In this document: one piece after another, positions 1 through 12,459 of the stretch | Numbering within the stretch: the first letter of the stretch is position 1 | Layout of the letters: each line of letters begins with the position of its first letter | Assembly: GCA_051362555.1 (NCBI GenBank) | Contig: CM120641.1 | Span: 32,432,401-32,496,400, forward strand | Source of the DNA: Lingula anatina | Lineage: Eukaryota; Animalia; Brachiopoda | Reading direction: 5' to 3' | DNA: 64,000 nucleotides | The notes under the pieces: model-generated | Told to the model about the DNA's origin: nothing | Databases searched by the model: none | The model's input: the letters and a program-made list of their open reading frames with translations, nothing else | Made by a program: the position numbers and the translations under genes

Positions 1-294
1 TTGATTGTCAGGGGTTGGTAATTGCACCTTTTTACTGGTTTCAGCCTGGTACAGGATAAAATGATGGTAGCAATAAAATATCATCTCTTAGCCATGTATG
101 TTTTACTGGAAGCTTTATCATTGATTTTCACTTTTTTTTAAGGGAAATTGTGCATGAATGAATTTAAATTGGCTGCTTGCTATTAAACATGATAAAAGCC
201 TCTTTGCTACATGTCTTTTAAAAATAAATACTCAGCATTATTGATACATATATGATGTCATGTGATTACAATAAGTTTATATTTTCAAATGCAG

Positions 295-358
295 ATCGAG
301 TTGGAAGTGAATTCTGGAAGCAACAAGAGAGAATTGGCGATGATCTGGAAGGAATGCA
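295..358 (+). CDS. MYCBPAP: MYCBPAP exon (RVGSEFWKQQERIGDDLEGMH)
   Basis: tgcag acceptor, gtaagc donor; phase 1 to 2. Confidence 0.85.
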
Positions 359-3300
359 GTAAGCACAGTGCAATGATTGTTGTTTATTGAGATGAAAATT
401 TAATTTAATTTCAAAAAGGCAAACTTTGTGTCTCTAACAGAAGTGTATTATAGAGAAACAAGCAAACAAGTAATAATAATAATAATAATACAATAAGAAC
501 ATTATTTAGTTTTTTACTTGATTAAAAGGGCAATTATTTTTCTTGTCCACATTAAACATATAAAAAGATACATGAAGAATCATTAAAAAAAAAACACATA
601 AGTGTTACATTTGATTTAAATCTTTCCAGCATGACTTTGACCCAAACAGAGCGTGGGTACCCACCACCTATTGAACATGTCGGGGTACCAACCATGATTA
701 AAGAGGAGAAAGGTACAGAATACAGTAGTACAATTATTATTATCGTGTTATAGATTTTTCCTTGTATCTTTTTTAGTGATGGTGAAGAATTAAATCATTT
801 CTAAAGAGACGATATTGGAATATTTCCTTTCTGATTAATATGATTGTTATTTGAGTGTTTGATAATGACTCTTGAAAGATGTGTAATTGGCTTTACTTGT
901 GTCTATGTGTGAGTTTGCTGACTACCTCCTGCAGTACATGAATGTCATGTGTTTGTACCACCATGTTGATGAGATTTTTCTAAGTATACCAGCATACCTT
1001 TCAAGAATCAGTGCCGAATGCAAATATCTACCTGCAATGTCAGTACACAAATGTTTTGTCATTATAATTATCTGTGTTAATGATGAACAAAAAAGTTGTA
1101 TTTTTTTTAAACAATGTTCCTTCATCATACTTCTTCCAAACAGGCTATATATAAGTCTAACTCTCATTGTGTGTTTCAAGGTGTGTATTGGAGTAAACCC
1201 AGCACCCCAGTTCACTACCCCTGGGACAGGTCTGCTTTCCTGAAGCAGAGGAAGCAGCAACTACAAACTGTCATGGATGAACTGGACCCCCACAAACCTG
1301 TAAGTTGGAAAAGGCCATTGTGAGAAAATTATATATTATTATTATTATTATTTAAGCCTATGGCAAAATAATTCATGTGATGGAATTAACTTAATTTGAG
1401 TTTATCAAAGATGTTACCTTACAAATTCAGAAAGAAGTCAGACAGAAAGAAGTCAGAAAATATCAACCAAGGGTCTTTCTATACAAGTATTTATATTTCT
1501 TAATGATGTAATTATTAAATATCTTATTATAACCAAGGTTGAGAGGTAAATTTTTTAACTATATTGTCAGTTACTGATTTCTTTGTAGGACATGTCATCA
1601 CTGGCCATCACTGGTTTCAAGCAAGGCCCAAAGCTTGTGGATAAGGAGGACGAAAGAGAGGAGCCAAGGACCATGTCTGAATTTGAAGATTCAGTCTTGG
1701 AAGACCAAGAAAATCTGTGAGTGTGATTTCTGCTGTCATGAGTTAAATATCAAACTATTTGATTGCATTGCTCAGATTCCAGTGTATCAAGTATTTTTTG
1801 AATTGAGGAAGTTGATTTTTTAGGTAATATTTTGAGATGTAACACATACAGGATCCAGCAAGCTGTAGTTTGCGCTGTATTTTCTTTCAAGCTGTTTTTT
1901 ACTAGATTCTATAAAATATTCAACTATTTGAATTTTTATTGTAAAAAAATGCCTTTTTATTTTTTGACATCAATATCCGTCTTTCATTGTTATTATTTTT
2001 ATTATTATCTTTTGATAAATGATGCATCTCTTTTTCCTCGCACTAACAGTGACCCACTGAAGGACCATCCTGATGTTGTCCCAGAGCCAATCTTTGGTCC
2101 ATCCATCCTATTTGCTGGCCGTCCAGCCAGGTGGACAGGGGACAGCTACAGCTTCCAGGGTCAGCAGGCATTTGAGGCCAGGGTGACCTTTGAGGGCTAC
2201 TCTGGACAGAGGAAGACATCCTTCTTGGAGGTTGTCAACAACGGAACCACCTCCATTTATTATGATTGGAAGGTGAGATGTTGGAGAAATTAAAAAAGAG
2301 AGGGAAAAAAATAAAAGATTTGTGTTTCTTGTTTTAACTGGATACTGCAGTTGTATCAAAACTGGAGCATTTGATCCTGAATGTAGTTTTGATATTTAAT
2401 TTATTAGTTTCAGATGTTTTTCTTTCTTTCTTTTTTTTTTTTCAATTATAGAAATCAATTTGAATCTCAAACTGAGGCACATGGCTGCCATTAATTTTAT
2501 AAGTGTAACAAAATATTTAATGTCTTTACAAATATGTCTGTTTGCAGAAATTGCCGAAAAGCAACCCATTCGATATTGTGAATTCAAGAGTTCAGAGATT
2601 TTACTTCAACACCAGTGGTGGTAAGATTTCTTTTTTTAAAATTAAATATGATAAGAAACAAACAAACAAACAAACAAACAAAAACATAAGAAATGATATA
2701 ATTTATAATCATTGTATTATTTGTGTCATTCATTTTATTTGTTGACGTGATAAAACAAATCAAATGTTACGATAATGACTCTATCTTTTCAATGGGCAAA
2801 AATTATCAAACTTTCAGATACATAATTTCATAATCACAAAAACGATATTTCTGTTTGTGGTGCTTAGAAAAGAACTATAAAGTAGCCTGATTTAAAATTT
2901 TGTTGTTACCACTCTGTAGGAATGTTCCAAATTGAAGAAATTATAACTTCAAAAATGCAGTATCTATTAAATTCACAATTTTGCCCCATTGAAAAGATGA
3001 AGTAATTACTGTAAGTGGTTGGATATTTATGCATTTATTATTGCAGTCTTTACTCAGTGATGTTATACTGCTATTTTGATTTTATCAAAGTTTTGCTTGA
3101 CTTGTAGTGGCTTTTTAACTTTTACAGGTGTAATTCTGCCTGGAGACACCATGAAGTTCCCCTTTGTCTTCAAATCTCCCAATGCTGGTGTCTTCACTGA
3201 GCAGTGGCAGTTTGAAACCAGACCTGTGGTGTGTGGAGGCGCCTCCCTCGTGGTCACATTGAGGGGTGTCGCATTGCAAGAAGACAAGTTCAAGCATCAA

Positions 3301-4985
3301 AGGAGTGAAATTGAGGTACAGTTGATCATTGGCATAAATGTTATCTATTTTTAATTCAGACAATGCAGCATTTTCAGCAAAGTAATTGACCTGCATAATT
3401 AAAAAAGATTTGATGTATACTGGTAGATTATGTACTGTGTAATTTTTTTCAAAACAATGATTTGGCACATTCATCTTTATTTACTACTGACATCTTTTGA
3501 ACTATTTACAAATTGTCCGTGACTTTACATTTTTATTTGTTAAAGAGAGAATTGTGAATTATAGTAATTAATTAAAATGGAAAATTTGTGTTTATATGTT
3601 ACAGAAAGACCTAGCTCACAAACAAGCAGAGCAGATCATCCGTCAGATAGTAGATGATGTAGTAGAAGGGGTGCAGACTCCAGACAGAGCCAGATCACCA
3701 GTAGATGCTTATATAACCAGAGAAGACATCTTTGAGAGAAAAAACCAAGGGGTAAGATCTCAGACTATATACGTGACAGAAGCGTATTTTAATCATTCAG
3801 AAGAAAAACCACTGTATTTGTGTTAAGCATTTTTGTTTTTTAAATTTTGCAAAGATTACTTCATTTATGATAACAGCTGTGCTAATGTCAAATTTTGTTT
3901 CAGTCATGTTTGAAATTTTTGTTTTGTAAAATTGTGCAGCTGTGATCCGTGCTGTTTGTGTGGTTATAATATTGTAAACTGCTGCTGTTTGTTATGACAC
4001 CTCAAGCAAACACAAATGCCAGAAGGAAAAATTAACAAAGACAAAAAGAAAGAAAAATAAGCTAACATTTTCAATAACATATTATGTCATCTATTCTCGG
4101 GTGATATAGTTTGGTTATTTGTATGTTTTGTTAACATTTTCTTGCTTATTGTTTTAATTTCAGATGCATTTCTCCAATGAAACTGTGACAGAGTTAAATG
4201 AACTCTACAAAAACTTATTCCCAGAGGAGGAAAGAGATGAAGTGGAGTGGGATCTTTCCCTTGAAACTTTGCGAGAGGTAGGAACACTGAAATGGAACAC
4301 TGGCTCTGCTGGTGGATTAAAAATGTGCAAATTGATGATAGACCAGTTTGATTTTTTATTCAGGCATTTATGATAATGAGAAACAAAAAATTATTTGTAT
4401 AAAGAATGAGAAAACTGTAAAATAAAAATTGTTCTTGCAAGTTTTTATGCAAATATTATACAGGCAAAAAGCTTTGATTACAAATAACTACTAAATTTTA
4501 AAAAAATTTCTGTAGGCAATAATGGAAATGGATGAAGATGATGAACAAAAGCAGGAGTTCCTTCAGCAATTGAATTCTGCTGTCATCTCTTTGTCATTCC
4601 CTCCGTTTTCTCCAATACAACAGGAAATGTACAAAGTGGCGTAAGTAAAAAGAAGGAAGTTAAATGAACAGACATGAGCTATGTTATTTACACTTATCAA
4701 ACATACAAGTCTAATTATGCTGCTCAATTAAATATTTGATGATTCATCCTAGTACTGTCCCTTTTTATTATAAATTTCTTTGAGGCCACCTTCCCATTAG
4801 TATGTATTTTACTATACTTTTAAAAGTTTTCACTCCAGGAAACCACTTTGATTGCAATACTCCCATCATATCCCTCAATTATCCTGTCAGGAGGTTATTG
4901 TGCTCACCACTGTATTAAAAGATCTCAGTTTTGTGGAAGTCTACCCCAAAAATAGGAAGGAGGTGACCTCCCCCCTCCCCAACAC

Positions 4986-5021
<36 letters not shown>

Positions 5022-8000
5022 TCTAACCCCTAGATCCATCAATGGACCCTACAGGTTGAACTGCAATCAAGGTGACTGAAATCAAAACTGAAGTGTATTT
5101 TCCTGCAAACTAATCATATGCCAGGTGGCCACCAATGGGTGGAAAGATGAAAAACTGGTAAAGCAATGTAATGTCAGTGCAACCTAAGACTTGGACTCCA
5201 GCATCCATATATCTTTTTCATTAGGTACCAAGCACTACTTGAGACTATTGACTCCATAGTTGGCCAGTCCATGATGATACGTCAGGTATTGGGACTCCCT
5301 GAGAAAGAATTTGAGGAGTTTCCAGAGGGAGATATAAGTAAGCACATTCTCTTAGTGTTATTTATGTTGGTTTAAACTTTTTGTTACCATCTGCATTAAC
5401 TATTAATAAAGTTATATATATACCGGTAGTATAGATGACCTTTTTTCTTCTTTTTTTCTTTCTTCTTACTTATTTATTCCAGATTGTCATTATTTTCAAA
5501 ATATATCAAAAATCCATGACTACTATAGCATAAAACTATTACAGTTATGCATTTTTGATATCTAGTATGTGAAACATTCTTTGCATTATAATAGTGTATT
5601 TTTCATCAAGTAATAATCGTCTTATACTGGTGTATGTGAGACCAAAAATGGCTTCAGATATATATTTTTGTTTTGTTGGTATTTGAGCTAAAATATTGTT
5701 CAACCAGATCGTTTAGCTGATTAATTAGTGAATTATTATATTGATAGGGAGGGTTGAAGTTGAATTCAGTGCATAAACAGAATATTTTTTTTTCTTTTTT
5801 GGTAGTAAATTAAAAAGCTCAGTATTATGTTAGAACCTGAGAGCCTACAGGGATCAAGAACTCAGTATATGCCAAATTCATTAAACCTATGATAGAGAAT
5901 GTATATCTCACCTTATTAATGTTCTACTCAGTGCAGTAGTTTTAGATAGCACCTTACTGTTTTTAGTAGTGTGTTTATGATATGAGATCAGCATGTAATA
6001 ACTGATGTCATTAATGCCTGCTTCTCTTTGTGACCAGTGGATTCTTTCGATTCTTTGGCCTCCTCTCCGGAGAAAGGCTTTAGAAAAGACAGCCTAACGC
6101 CCTTTTCTCCGGAGAAGTCTCAAAGGAGAGATAGTCGAGATAACTCCAGAGAAAATAGTGCACGCTTGTTGCCTACTATACGTGAACCTGATCGTAGTAA
6201 GTTGTAACTAGTGGAAGTGCATTTTGATAGAACTGATATATCATTTCAATTTTTAGGTTTTTTTTTAATATATGCATTAATTTATACGTTTCTGCTGACA
6301 GGCATTATTGCTGCTCATTGATTGATGTGGTTTCGTTTTGTTTTGTTTTTTTCTGATTTTAAGTCAATAGTGAGAGTTTAGATTTATTGTGCATGCTTAT
6401 GGATAATCATGCATATTTTCAATTTAATTTTGTTTCTTATTTTCTTAGTGGTGGTGGTAGATATATGAGAGATAGAGCGTGTTATCTACAAAATCATTTT
6501 TGATAATAAGAATTTATTTCATTTATTTTCATAATAAATAATCACTAAATCTAATTATTTAAGAAAATTGTAATTTTTCATTTTTGTTTATTTATTTTGC
6601 TTTAATGTGAACATGGAAGTTACTTTATTATCACATTTTTGACAAGTGCCATTTGGAGAGTCATTGAAAATCATTTTTGTGAAGGCTACCTTTGCATGTG
6701 TACTTAATACATTATCCAATTTTTACTGGGAATTGCTTTTAGCTAAATGTGGAAGAAAAAGGTAGTTCATATTTCAGTGATGACACATTAGTAAGAGCTT
6801 GCATATTGTGGTTTGATAGATTAGTAAAAACACATCACTGTTTTGCACGTTTAGGAAAAGTCACGAAGTCAGGCAAGAGTAAGTGAACTTCATCTATAGT
6901 AGCACTCTCTTAGAATGAGAAGAAGACAGACTGAGCTTTTGGGCCATGGTGCTTCCAGTCACTAGGACTGATATATAGAACTGCTTTCATATTTTGACAT
7001 AAAAATAAAATTCTGTAACCTTCAATTGGGAACTCTAGGTGCTTGCATTACAAACCAGGATAAAATATTCATTTTGTAAATGACTCGAGCAGTGTGCAGT
7101 AATCTTACTTATTGCTAACAATAACCATTAATATTAATATACATAAATGTACATATAAGGACGCTTACACAAATATAAGTGTAAGAGTATTATTTTATGA
7201 TATTTACCTTATTACTAATGCTGACACATGTTGTATTAATCATTACTTCAGGATACTGGAATAATATTTTGAACAAAAAATAACCTTATTCTAAAATAGA
7301 AAATTTCTTTCATTTGTATAACATTTTAGTAGCTTTTTTGAAGACAAAAAAGTTTATAAGTGCTTAACTTAACCTTATCAATATGATCCACCATGATATC
7401 AGTAAAAACCACTGATTTAATCGTCTAATGTGACTTCAGCACAGTGGTTTTTGCGCTATATGATTTGGTGTACTTGATAACTATAATTTGACTGCTGTAA
7501 TTTCTTGAATTACAACGAGCGGGATTTGACCTCACAGAATGATTGATACAAAGTGTCCTGTCTTTATTACCATCATAGCTCTCTAATTATATCAAGCAAT
7601 TAAAATGTAATCTGTAGACACTAAACCTGGAGACAACTACCAGTAACAAGCCACAGGTGGTGCTGGTTGCAGGGTTTACTAAACTATAACAAATGAACAA
7701 GAAAAACTACTCTTATGTATTTTGTAGTTGCACTGTTCATTAAATATAATATAATATATCAACAATATTTTGTGTGAATGTAATACATATTATTGAAGTT
7801 TCTGCAAATGTTCTCTCTGATTTATCTTACTATTTTCATTAAAAAAAACTACTAGTATCTAATATAATAGTTAATGTTTTCTGATACTAGGTGAAGGTTT
7901 TCATTATCTGTTTGCATGTTCTCCTATTTGTTCAGCTCATAGTACTCCGCATACCTCCCATTCAGAGAGGCCTGGTGCATGTAAGTGGGTACAAACACAT

Positions 8001-11000
8001 AAACCATATACACCAACACATACATATTGTGGCTTTACATGGGTTCAAGTCCATTAAGTGACATTGTGAGGATCAAAGCTGTTGATTGAAGATTGATATC
8101 ACCAAAAGACATTGTAATTATCAGAGGAACAGCGAAAAAAAGAGTGGCAGATTTGTAGAAAAATGAAAACTGTTTTGTTCTTTTAAATCAGTAAGCCCTG
8201 GATGTACCAGTAAATGAATAATATATGCTATTTTGTTGATTATCCAGGAAATCATTGCCAAGAACCCACGAAAAGTCACTGGCATTTTGATATACATATC
8301 ACATTTGAAACTGAAGTAGCTTTAATATCCTTAGTAGTATCTGTCTTTTTAGGGGAGTTATGAGTACTAACACTGCACAATTTGTTGTGGAACTGTGTTA
8401 ACCAATATCCAGGATATCCTAAAGCAGAGATTGTTACTGATACCATCATGCCACTATATAAATAATAACCTATCCTTCCTTGACTGATTCTCAACATCAA
8501 CCAAAATTTCTGATACACGAATTTGTACAGTTTTGTACATGATTTGTCAACAAGGCCAATCCATTGATAATGCTTAATTTTTTTAATGTGTATTTTGAAT
8601 TTTAAAGCAAAATGTACTGTACAGTACAACAAGCATTTTTCTATTTAGATTTTAATTGTGGTAATCTGAGCAGGCTCCAATGTACTAGAATATATATCTT
8701 GATGGTTCAAAAATATTTCATGTACCTTTACACACTTTTAAAAAAGTGGCACAGGTGGCAGTTAGGTCACCTTGTTCAATACTTCACCACATCTCCCAGA
8801 AACTTTTTATGGATACCATTAAATTTTTGATGGAGCATCAAGTCAGTGGTCTTAAACTGGAAAAAAACTGAACTAGGAAAATGACAAATAAATATATAGA
8901 TACTATTAGCGTAACTAATTATCAGTACACCCCCCATCCCCCCCTCAACCCACCCCAAACAGTTACATCTGCTTATCCTGGTTTAGAGTAATATATGTAG
9001 TTGTGCACAAATGATTACTCAGGAGTGATTACCAATTTCCTCACAATGTTTTCCTTTGATCTTAGCATTAACATCACTTTGTCTATGATCCTGCCTGTTC
9101 ACTTCCATTAATCAACTTATTAAAAATCAGCGTAAGTAATTGCTATAAGAGTAACATTGAATATGTTATGCTTGGGTAGTATTTGCATGAGTACGATCTA
9201 TTTTAGTTGTCATGTATTCAACACAATTTCTTAATCTTTTTTGTCAGTACATACGTGTATAGTTTATACTATAGAGATTTAACTGTAATGTTTTGTACAT
9301 ATATAGTATTATAGATGTTTGGATTAAAGGATAAAATGAATCAGAATGCTGAGAATTATTAAATGAATTTACATTACATATTTCATTGCAGTTTGTAAAT
9401 TACATATTTATGATAAAGCTTAAACTCTGTCACTAAGCAAACCATTATTGTATTTACTAGTATATTCTAGAGCTCCTAGCTTTGGGGAAAATAGTAAAAG
9501 CTTGAAGCCCGAAATTGAATAACCAACATAGATAAGCATAGAACCTTAAAAAAAACATGCTTACCACTTTGTGCTTAAAGCACATGTGCCTTCAATTTTT
9601 CTGCTGTTATGTGGTGCTCCTCTGTACCTTGTAAAGTAAATCGCGGAACAAAGATTTCATGTCCTGTCAGTGAAAATAAAACAGTTCACAATGACTTGAT
9701 TATGATTCCACTAAAAATAACAAGCCCGGTGATAATTTTTTAATCGACTGCCAAAGTTGGAAATCATGCATTCCCAATTTATGGATAGGTTTTTTTTTTT
9801 TTTTTGTTTTTTTTTGTTTTTTTTTTTGTTTTTTTGAAACAGGAGAATTTGGAAGTAGTTTCTTATGTAGGGAAAAACGTAATTGATGGGCATGTCTTCA
9901 TTCACAAATAGCAAGGCAAACATACAGTTTATTGTGAAGAGTCTTTTACTGCAAAACTAGTTGTAAGTGTAGAATGCCTTTCATCTCCTCTGAATTGATG
10001 ACTTGTAGGGCACATATGCCACATCACAGCAAAAAATTGTTGACATCTTTCCAAAGCAGATGTTTTTATAACTCCCATCTTCTGAAATTGATATTCAACT
10101 TTACAGATGAGACCTGGCATGTCAGCCAAAATTATCTAAAAGTTAGCAATGAATTCTTTTTATGGTGTTTCCAAGGTTATTTTTTTTCTGAATTTAGGAT
10201 TAAGTCAAATGTTAGAGTTGATTAAGCAATAACAAGGAATAATTTTAGATTTTGTTGTTGATGTAACTTGGATAAAAAACATATATTTGTTGTCTTTAGC
10301 ACAAAAGGCTGGTCGGGGTCAGGATTCAAAAAAGGATTCCAAAGCAGGGCAGAAAGGAGGAAAAGATGCAAAAACACCCAAGGGTAAAGAGAAAGATGTA
10401 AGTACAGTAATATTTAACACTTTTTGAATCATTGCCAAATCCCTGTCTGTCTGCCAAGTTAATTAATAAAAGCTTTGAAATGCATATTGGGAGTTCAATC
10501 ATATCAATTATTTACACTGAAAGATATATAGTTCATAACAAAATGTCCCTAAGGTATGTTTAAAAGGTATCTGTGGTGCTGTAAGAGGTAAGGTAGAACA
10601 AGCAACTTGTTGTAGCAGGCCCGTAGCCAGGGGGGGTTCGGGGGGTTCGAAAGAACCACCCTTTTTGCTGGGAAAAGATCCACTCTGGGTAAAATTTGAC
10701 CTATGTACTTGAGGATTTCATGGTAAAAGGTCCACTTTTTCAGAAACGAACCCCCCCCCCCCCCCCTTTGAAATTGCTGTCTACAGGCCTGTGTAGTGCA
10801 ATGAAACTAATTTTCATGGTGTTTTTTAAATTTTCCCTTCAAAGAACCTTTAAAATTTTTCTTACTATATATTCCTCTCACTATATATATACTGTGCTGT
10901 ATATTACATGATCTTTATTCACATAGGCAATTTTGGTTACATGAAAAAGACCATTGATCGAGAGATCTCTTTATTGTCATCTAGAAGCCACATTTCAAAC

Positions 11001-11975
11001 ACAAGATTAAATTTTAAGACATGACATAGTTTTTAATGTGGTTTATTCACTTATATAAATTAATTCCACTTGAAAGTAAAAAAAAAATACAAATCTATTT
11101 ACAGAGTGGCAAAGACAAGGATCGCGGGGGAGGAAAACTGACAGCCAGCCCTAAGAAGCCACCCAGCCGACAAGCCCCCACACCCTCTTCACAGAAAGAC
11201 ATGGTGGGAGATAGAGCTGCAACAGCTACCCCTCACACGGGCAATAGTGCCTTTACCCCAGCACCAGATGTTGATCCAGTATTGGATAGAAAATACAAAG
11301 AAAAATTATCTGTGCAGGTGAATATGTTCATCACTTTATTGTTTTCACGCGAGTCAAGAAAATACTGAATTTCATTCAGGTATTTTTTTCAGCAGATAAA
11401 GTGTTGCATAATCATAAGAATTAATGATTAAAAAATAATGATTTTAAAAAGTTGAAATGAAAGGACTGGGCATTTAAAATTAATGATCAGTGGCTGCACA
11501 GTTTTGCAGAGGCACTGGGCACTCAGTCTGTTGACTTTATGCTGTAGTGATTTTATGCTGCAGGCTAGAAATACCTCTAAACAATGATATACAGTACTCC
11601 CTGTACCCATTCCAAATTGCATCAGACTTGGTGATTAAAACAATTCTTGGTATTTCATAGAAATATGTGAGATTTAATGGATAACAGCAACTGAAAGAAA
11701 AATGAATGAATGTTTTAAAGTGATGCAGTTTTCTAGTATAATGAATCTTTCTGCATTAAAGAAATAAACACCAAATCCAATCAATGAAAATAAGCATAAA
11801 ATGAGAAAGTTAAGTTTTTGCACCATTGCTCTTAAATCTCAGCCCTAAACTTACATTTTTTTTTCAGACTTACAACTTGCTACGTGAGATGGTTGACCGC
11901 AGCACATATATGTTTGAAGATATTCGTAGAAATGAGGATGTTCTTGCCTTAGCTAAGCTGGGACTACAGGGATAA
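295..11975 (+). CDS. MYCBPAP: MYCBP-associated protein (ciliary/flagellar central-apparatus protein), 3' part; join(295-358,630-712,1181-1299,1589-1716,2050-2272,2548-2620,3128-3315,3605-3751,4164-4277,4516-4640,5225-5337,[6038-6196],[6855-6878],[7936-7980],10300-10397,11105-11317,11868-11975); 5' exons lie upstream of the window
   Basis: All exons have AG/GT boundaries and the phases chain without a stop to TAA at 11973-11975. The translation contains motifs I recognise from MYCBPAP: VGSEFW..ERIGDDLEGMHMTLTQTERG, YPWDRSAFLKQRKQQLQTVMDEL, GPSILFAGRPARW, LEVVNNGTTSIYYDWK, QRFYFNTSGGVILPGDTMKFPFVFKSPNAGVFTEQWQFETRPVVCGGASLVVTLRGVA. Confidence 0.88.
630..712 (+). CDS. MYCBPAP: MYCBPAP exon (MTLTQTERGYPPPIEHVGVPTMIKEEKG)
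   Basis: tctttccag acceptor, AAG/gtacag donor; phases match both neighbours. Confidence 0.85.
1181..1299 (+). CDS. MYCBPAP: MYCBPAP exon (VYWSKPSTPVHYPWDRSAFLKQRKQQLQTVMDELDPHKP)
   Basis: tttcaag acceptor, gtaagt donor; lies within ORF 1114-1323. Confidence 0.88.
1589..1716 (+). CDS. MYCBPAP: MYCBPAP exon (DMSSLAITGFKQGPKLVDKEDEREEPRTMSEFEDSVLEDQEN)
   Basis: ctttgtag acceptor, gtgagt donor; phase 0 to 2. Confidence 0.85.
2050..2272 (+). CDS. MYCBPAP: MYCBPAP exon (DPLKDHPDVVPEPIFGPSILFAGRPARW...NNGTTSIYYDWK)
   Basis: ctaacag acceptor, AAG/gtgaga donor; lies within ORF 1832-2293. Confidence 0.9.
2548..2620 (+). CDS. MYCBPAP: MYCBPAP exon (KLPKSNPFDIVNSRVQRFYFNTSG)
   Basis: tttgcag acceptor, gtaaga donor. 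Confidence 0.88.
3128..3315 (+). CDS. MYCBPAP: MYCBPAP exon (GVILPGDTMKFPFVFKSPNAGVFTEQWQFETRP...QRSEIE)
   Basis: tttacag acceptor, GAG/gtacag donor; lies within ORF 3076-3354. Confidence 0.9.
3605..3751 (+). CDS. MYCBPAP: MYCBPAP exon (KDLAHKQAEQIIRQIVDDVVEGVQTPDRARSPVDAYITREDIFERKNQG)
   Basis: gttacag acceptor, gtaaga donor; phase 0-0. Confidence 0.88.
4164..4277 (+). CDS. MYCBPAP: MYCBPAP exon (MHFSNETVTELNELYKNLFPEEERDEVEWDLSLETLRE)
   Basis: tttcag acceptor, GAG/gtagga donor; phase 0-0. Confidence 0.88.
4516..4640 (+). CDS. MYCBPAP: MYCBPAP exon (AIMEMDEDDEQKQEFLQQLNSAVISLSFPPFSPIQQEMYKV)
   Basis: tctgtag acceptor, gtaagt donor; phase 0 to 2. Confidence 0.85.
4982..5019. repeat. (CA)n microsatellite
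   Basis: Direct reading: about 19 CA units with one CG interruption. Confidence 0.9.
5225..5337 (+). CDS. MYCBPAP: MYCBPAP exon (YQALLETIDSIVGQSMMIRQVLGLPEKEFEEFPEGDI)
   Basis: ttcattag acceptor, gtaagc donor; phase 2 to 1. Confidence 0.85.
6038..6196 (+). CDS. MYCBPAP: Probable cassette exon of MYCBPAP, 159 nt, phase 1-1 (MDSFDSLASSPEKGFRKDSLTPFSPEKSQRRDSRDNSRENSARLLPTIREPDR)
   Basis: Pyrimidine tract plus ccag acceptor, gtaagt donor, open in the required frame, length divisible by 3, GC/CpG-richer than the flanking intron. Confidence 0.7.
6855..6878 (+). CDS. MYCBPAP: Candidate 24-nt microexon of MYCBPAP, phase 1-1 (RKVTKSGK)
   Basis: ttttgcacgtttag acceptor, gtaagt donor; frame-preserving and Lys-rich like the following core exon. 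Confidence 0.55.
7936..7980 (+). CDS. MYCBPAP: Candidate 45-nt cassette exon of MYCBPAP, phase 1-1 (THSTPHTSHSERPGA)
   Basis: gttctcctatttgttcag acceptor, gtaagt donor; open and frame-preserving. Confidence 0.6.
10300..10397 (+). CDS. MYCBPAP: MYCBPAP exon (QKAGRGQDSKKDSKAGQKGGKDAKTPKGKEKD)
   Basis: tgtctttag acceptor, gtaagt donor; phase 1 to 0; K/G-rich low-complexity segment. Confidence 0.85.
10616..10791. mobile_element. Non-autonomous DNA transposon (MITE), 176 bp
   Basis: Terminal inverted repeats CAGGCCCGTAGCCAG and CTGTCTACAGGCCTG (13/15 match), internal GGGGGGTTCG/CGAACCCCCC inverted tracts, flanked by the direct repeat TGTAG (10611-10615 and 10792-10796). Confidence 0.8.
11105..11317 (+). 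CDS. MYCBPAP: MYCBPAP exon (SGKDKDRGGGKLTASPKKPPSRQ...LDRKYKEKLSVQ)
   Basis: tttacag acceptor, CAG/gtgaat donor; lies within ORF 11036-11368. Confidence 0.87.
11868..11975 (+). CDS. MYCBPAP: MYCBPAP last coding exon (TYNLLREMVDRSTYMFEDIRRNEDVLALAKLGLQG*)
   Basis: Poly-T plus cag acceptor; TAA at 11973-11975. Confidence 0.85.
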   Translation, partial: TYNLLREMVDRSTYMFEDIRRNEDVLALAKLGLQG

Positions 11976-12445
11976 AAAAATGGACAACACACAAATCAGA
12001 ACAGAAAAACCAAAAAGGATTTTTGAGGGCAAAAGAAATCAAAAAGACCAAAAAATAACCCACTGGAATAATTACTTCGAGTAATGTTTTTTCGTGACCG
12101 CATCGAGCCTAAGAAATGCTAGCAAGCATCTTTGCACAAATAAACAAATTTTTAATTGATCTGTGATAAGTCATTGGTAAGGGTTTGGTTTTACCACATG
12201 CTATTTGAACTCCAGTTGATCTACAGTGGTTTCCTGTTCATTCACTTACTGGTTACCAGAAAAAAAAAGTGCATATGAAATATGTTGCAGACTTTATGCA
12301 ATGAGAGTAGTTATATTTTCCAGATGTTCACCTTTTTTCACTGTCATAATGCCAGGACAGCTACAGGTAGCAGAAGTTCTATTTTTAGTTCAATTAATAG
12401 ACCCTGCTTTCCATATAATCTTTTGAAGGAACAGGTGTGAAACAG

Positions 12446-12459
12446 GTTGTTATGGCAAC
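12446..12459. promoter_or_regulatory. RFX X-box-like motif GTTGTTATGGCAAC
   Basis: 12/14 match to the palindromic X-box GTTGCCATGGCAAC; motif match only. Confidence 0.4.

Noticed and set aside
887-1260. ORFs 887-1243 (+) and 922-1260 (-)
   Set aside because: Intronic or out-of-frame overlaps of the real exon 1181-1299.
7618-7656. Possible further MYCBPAP mini-exon after tctgtag
   Set aside because: TAA in the required phase and no good donor.
9066-9131. AG...GTAAGT unit of 66 nt in the MYCBPAP cassette region
   Set aside because: Stops in all three frames and intron-like composition. It could be a poison exon, but nothing supports that.
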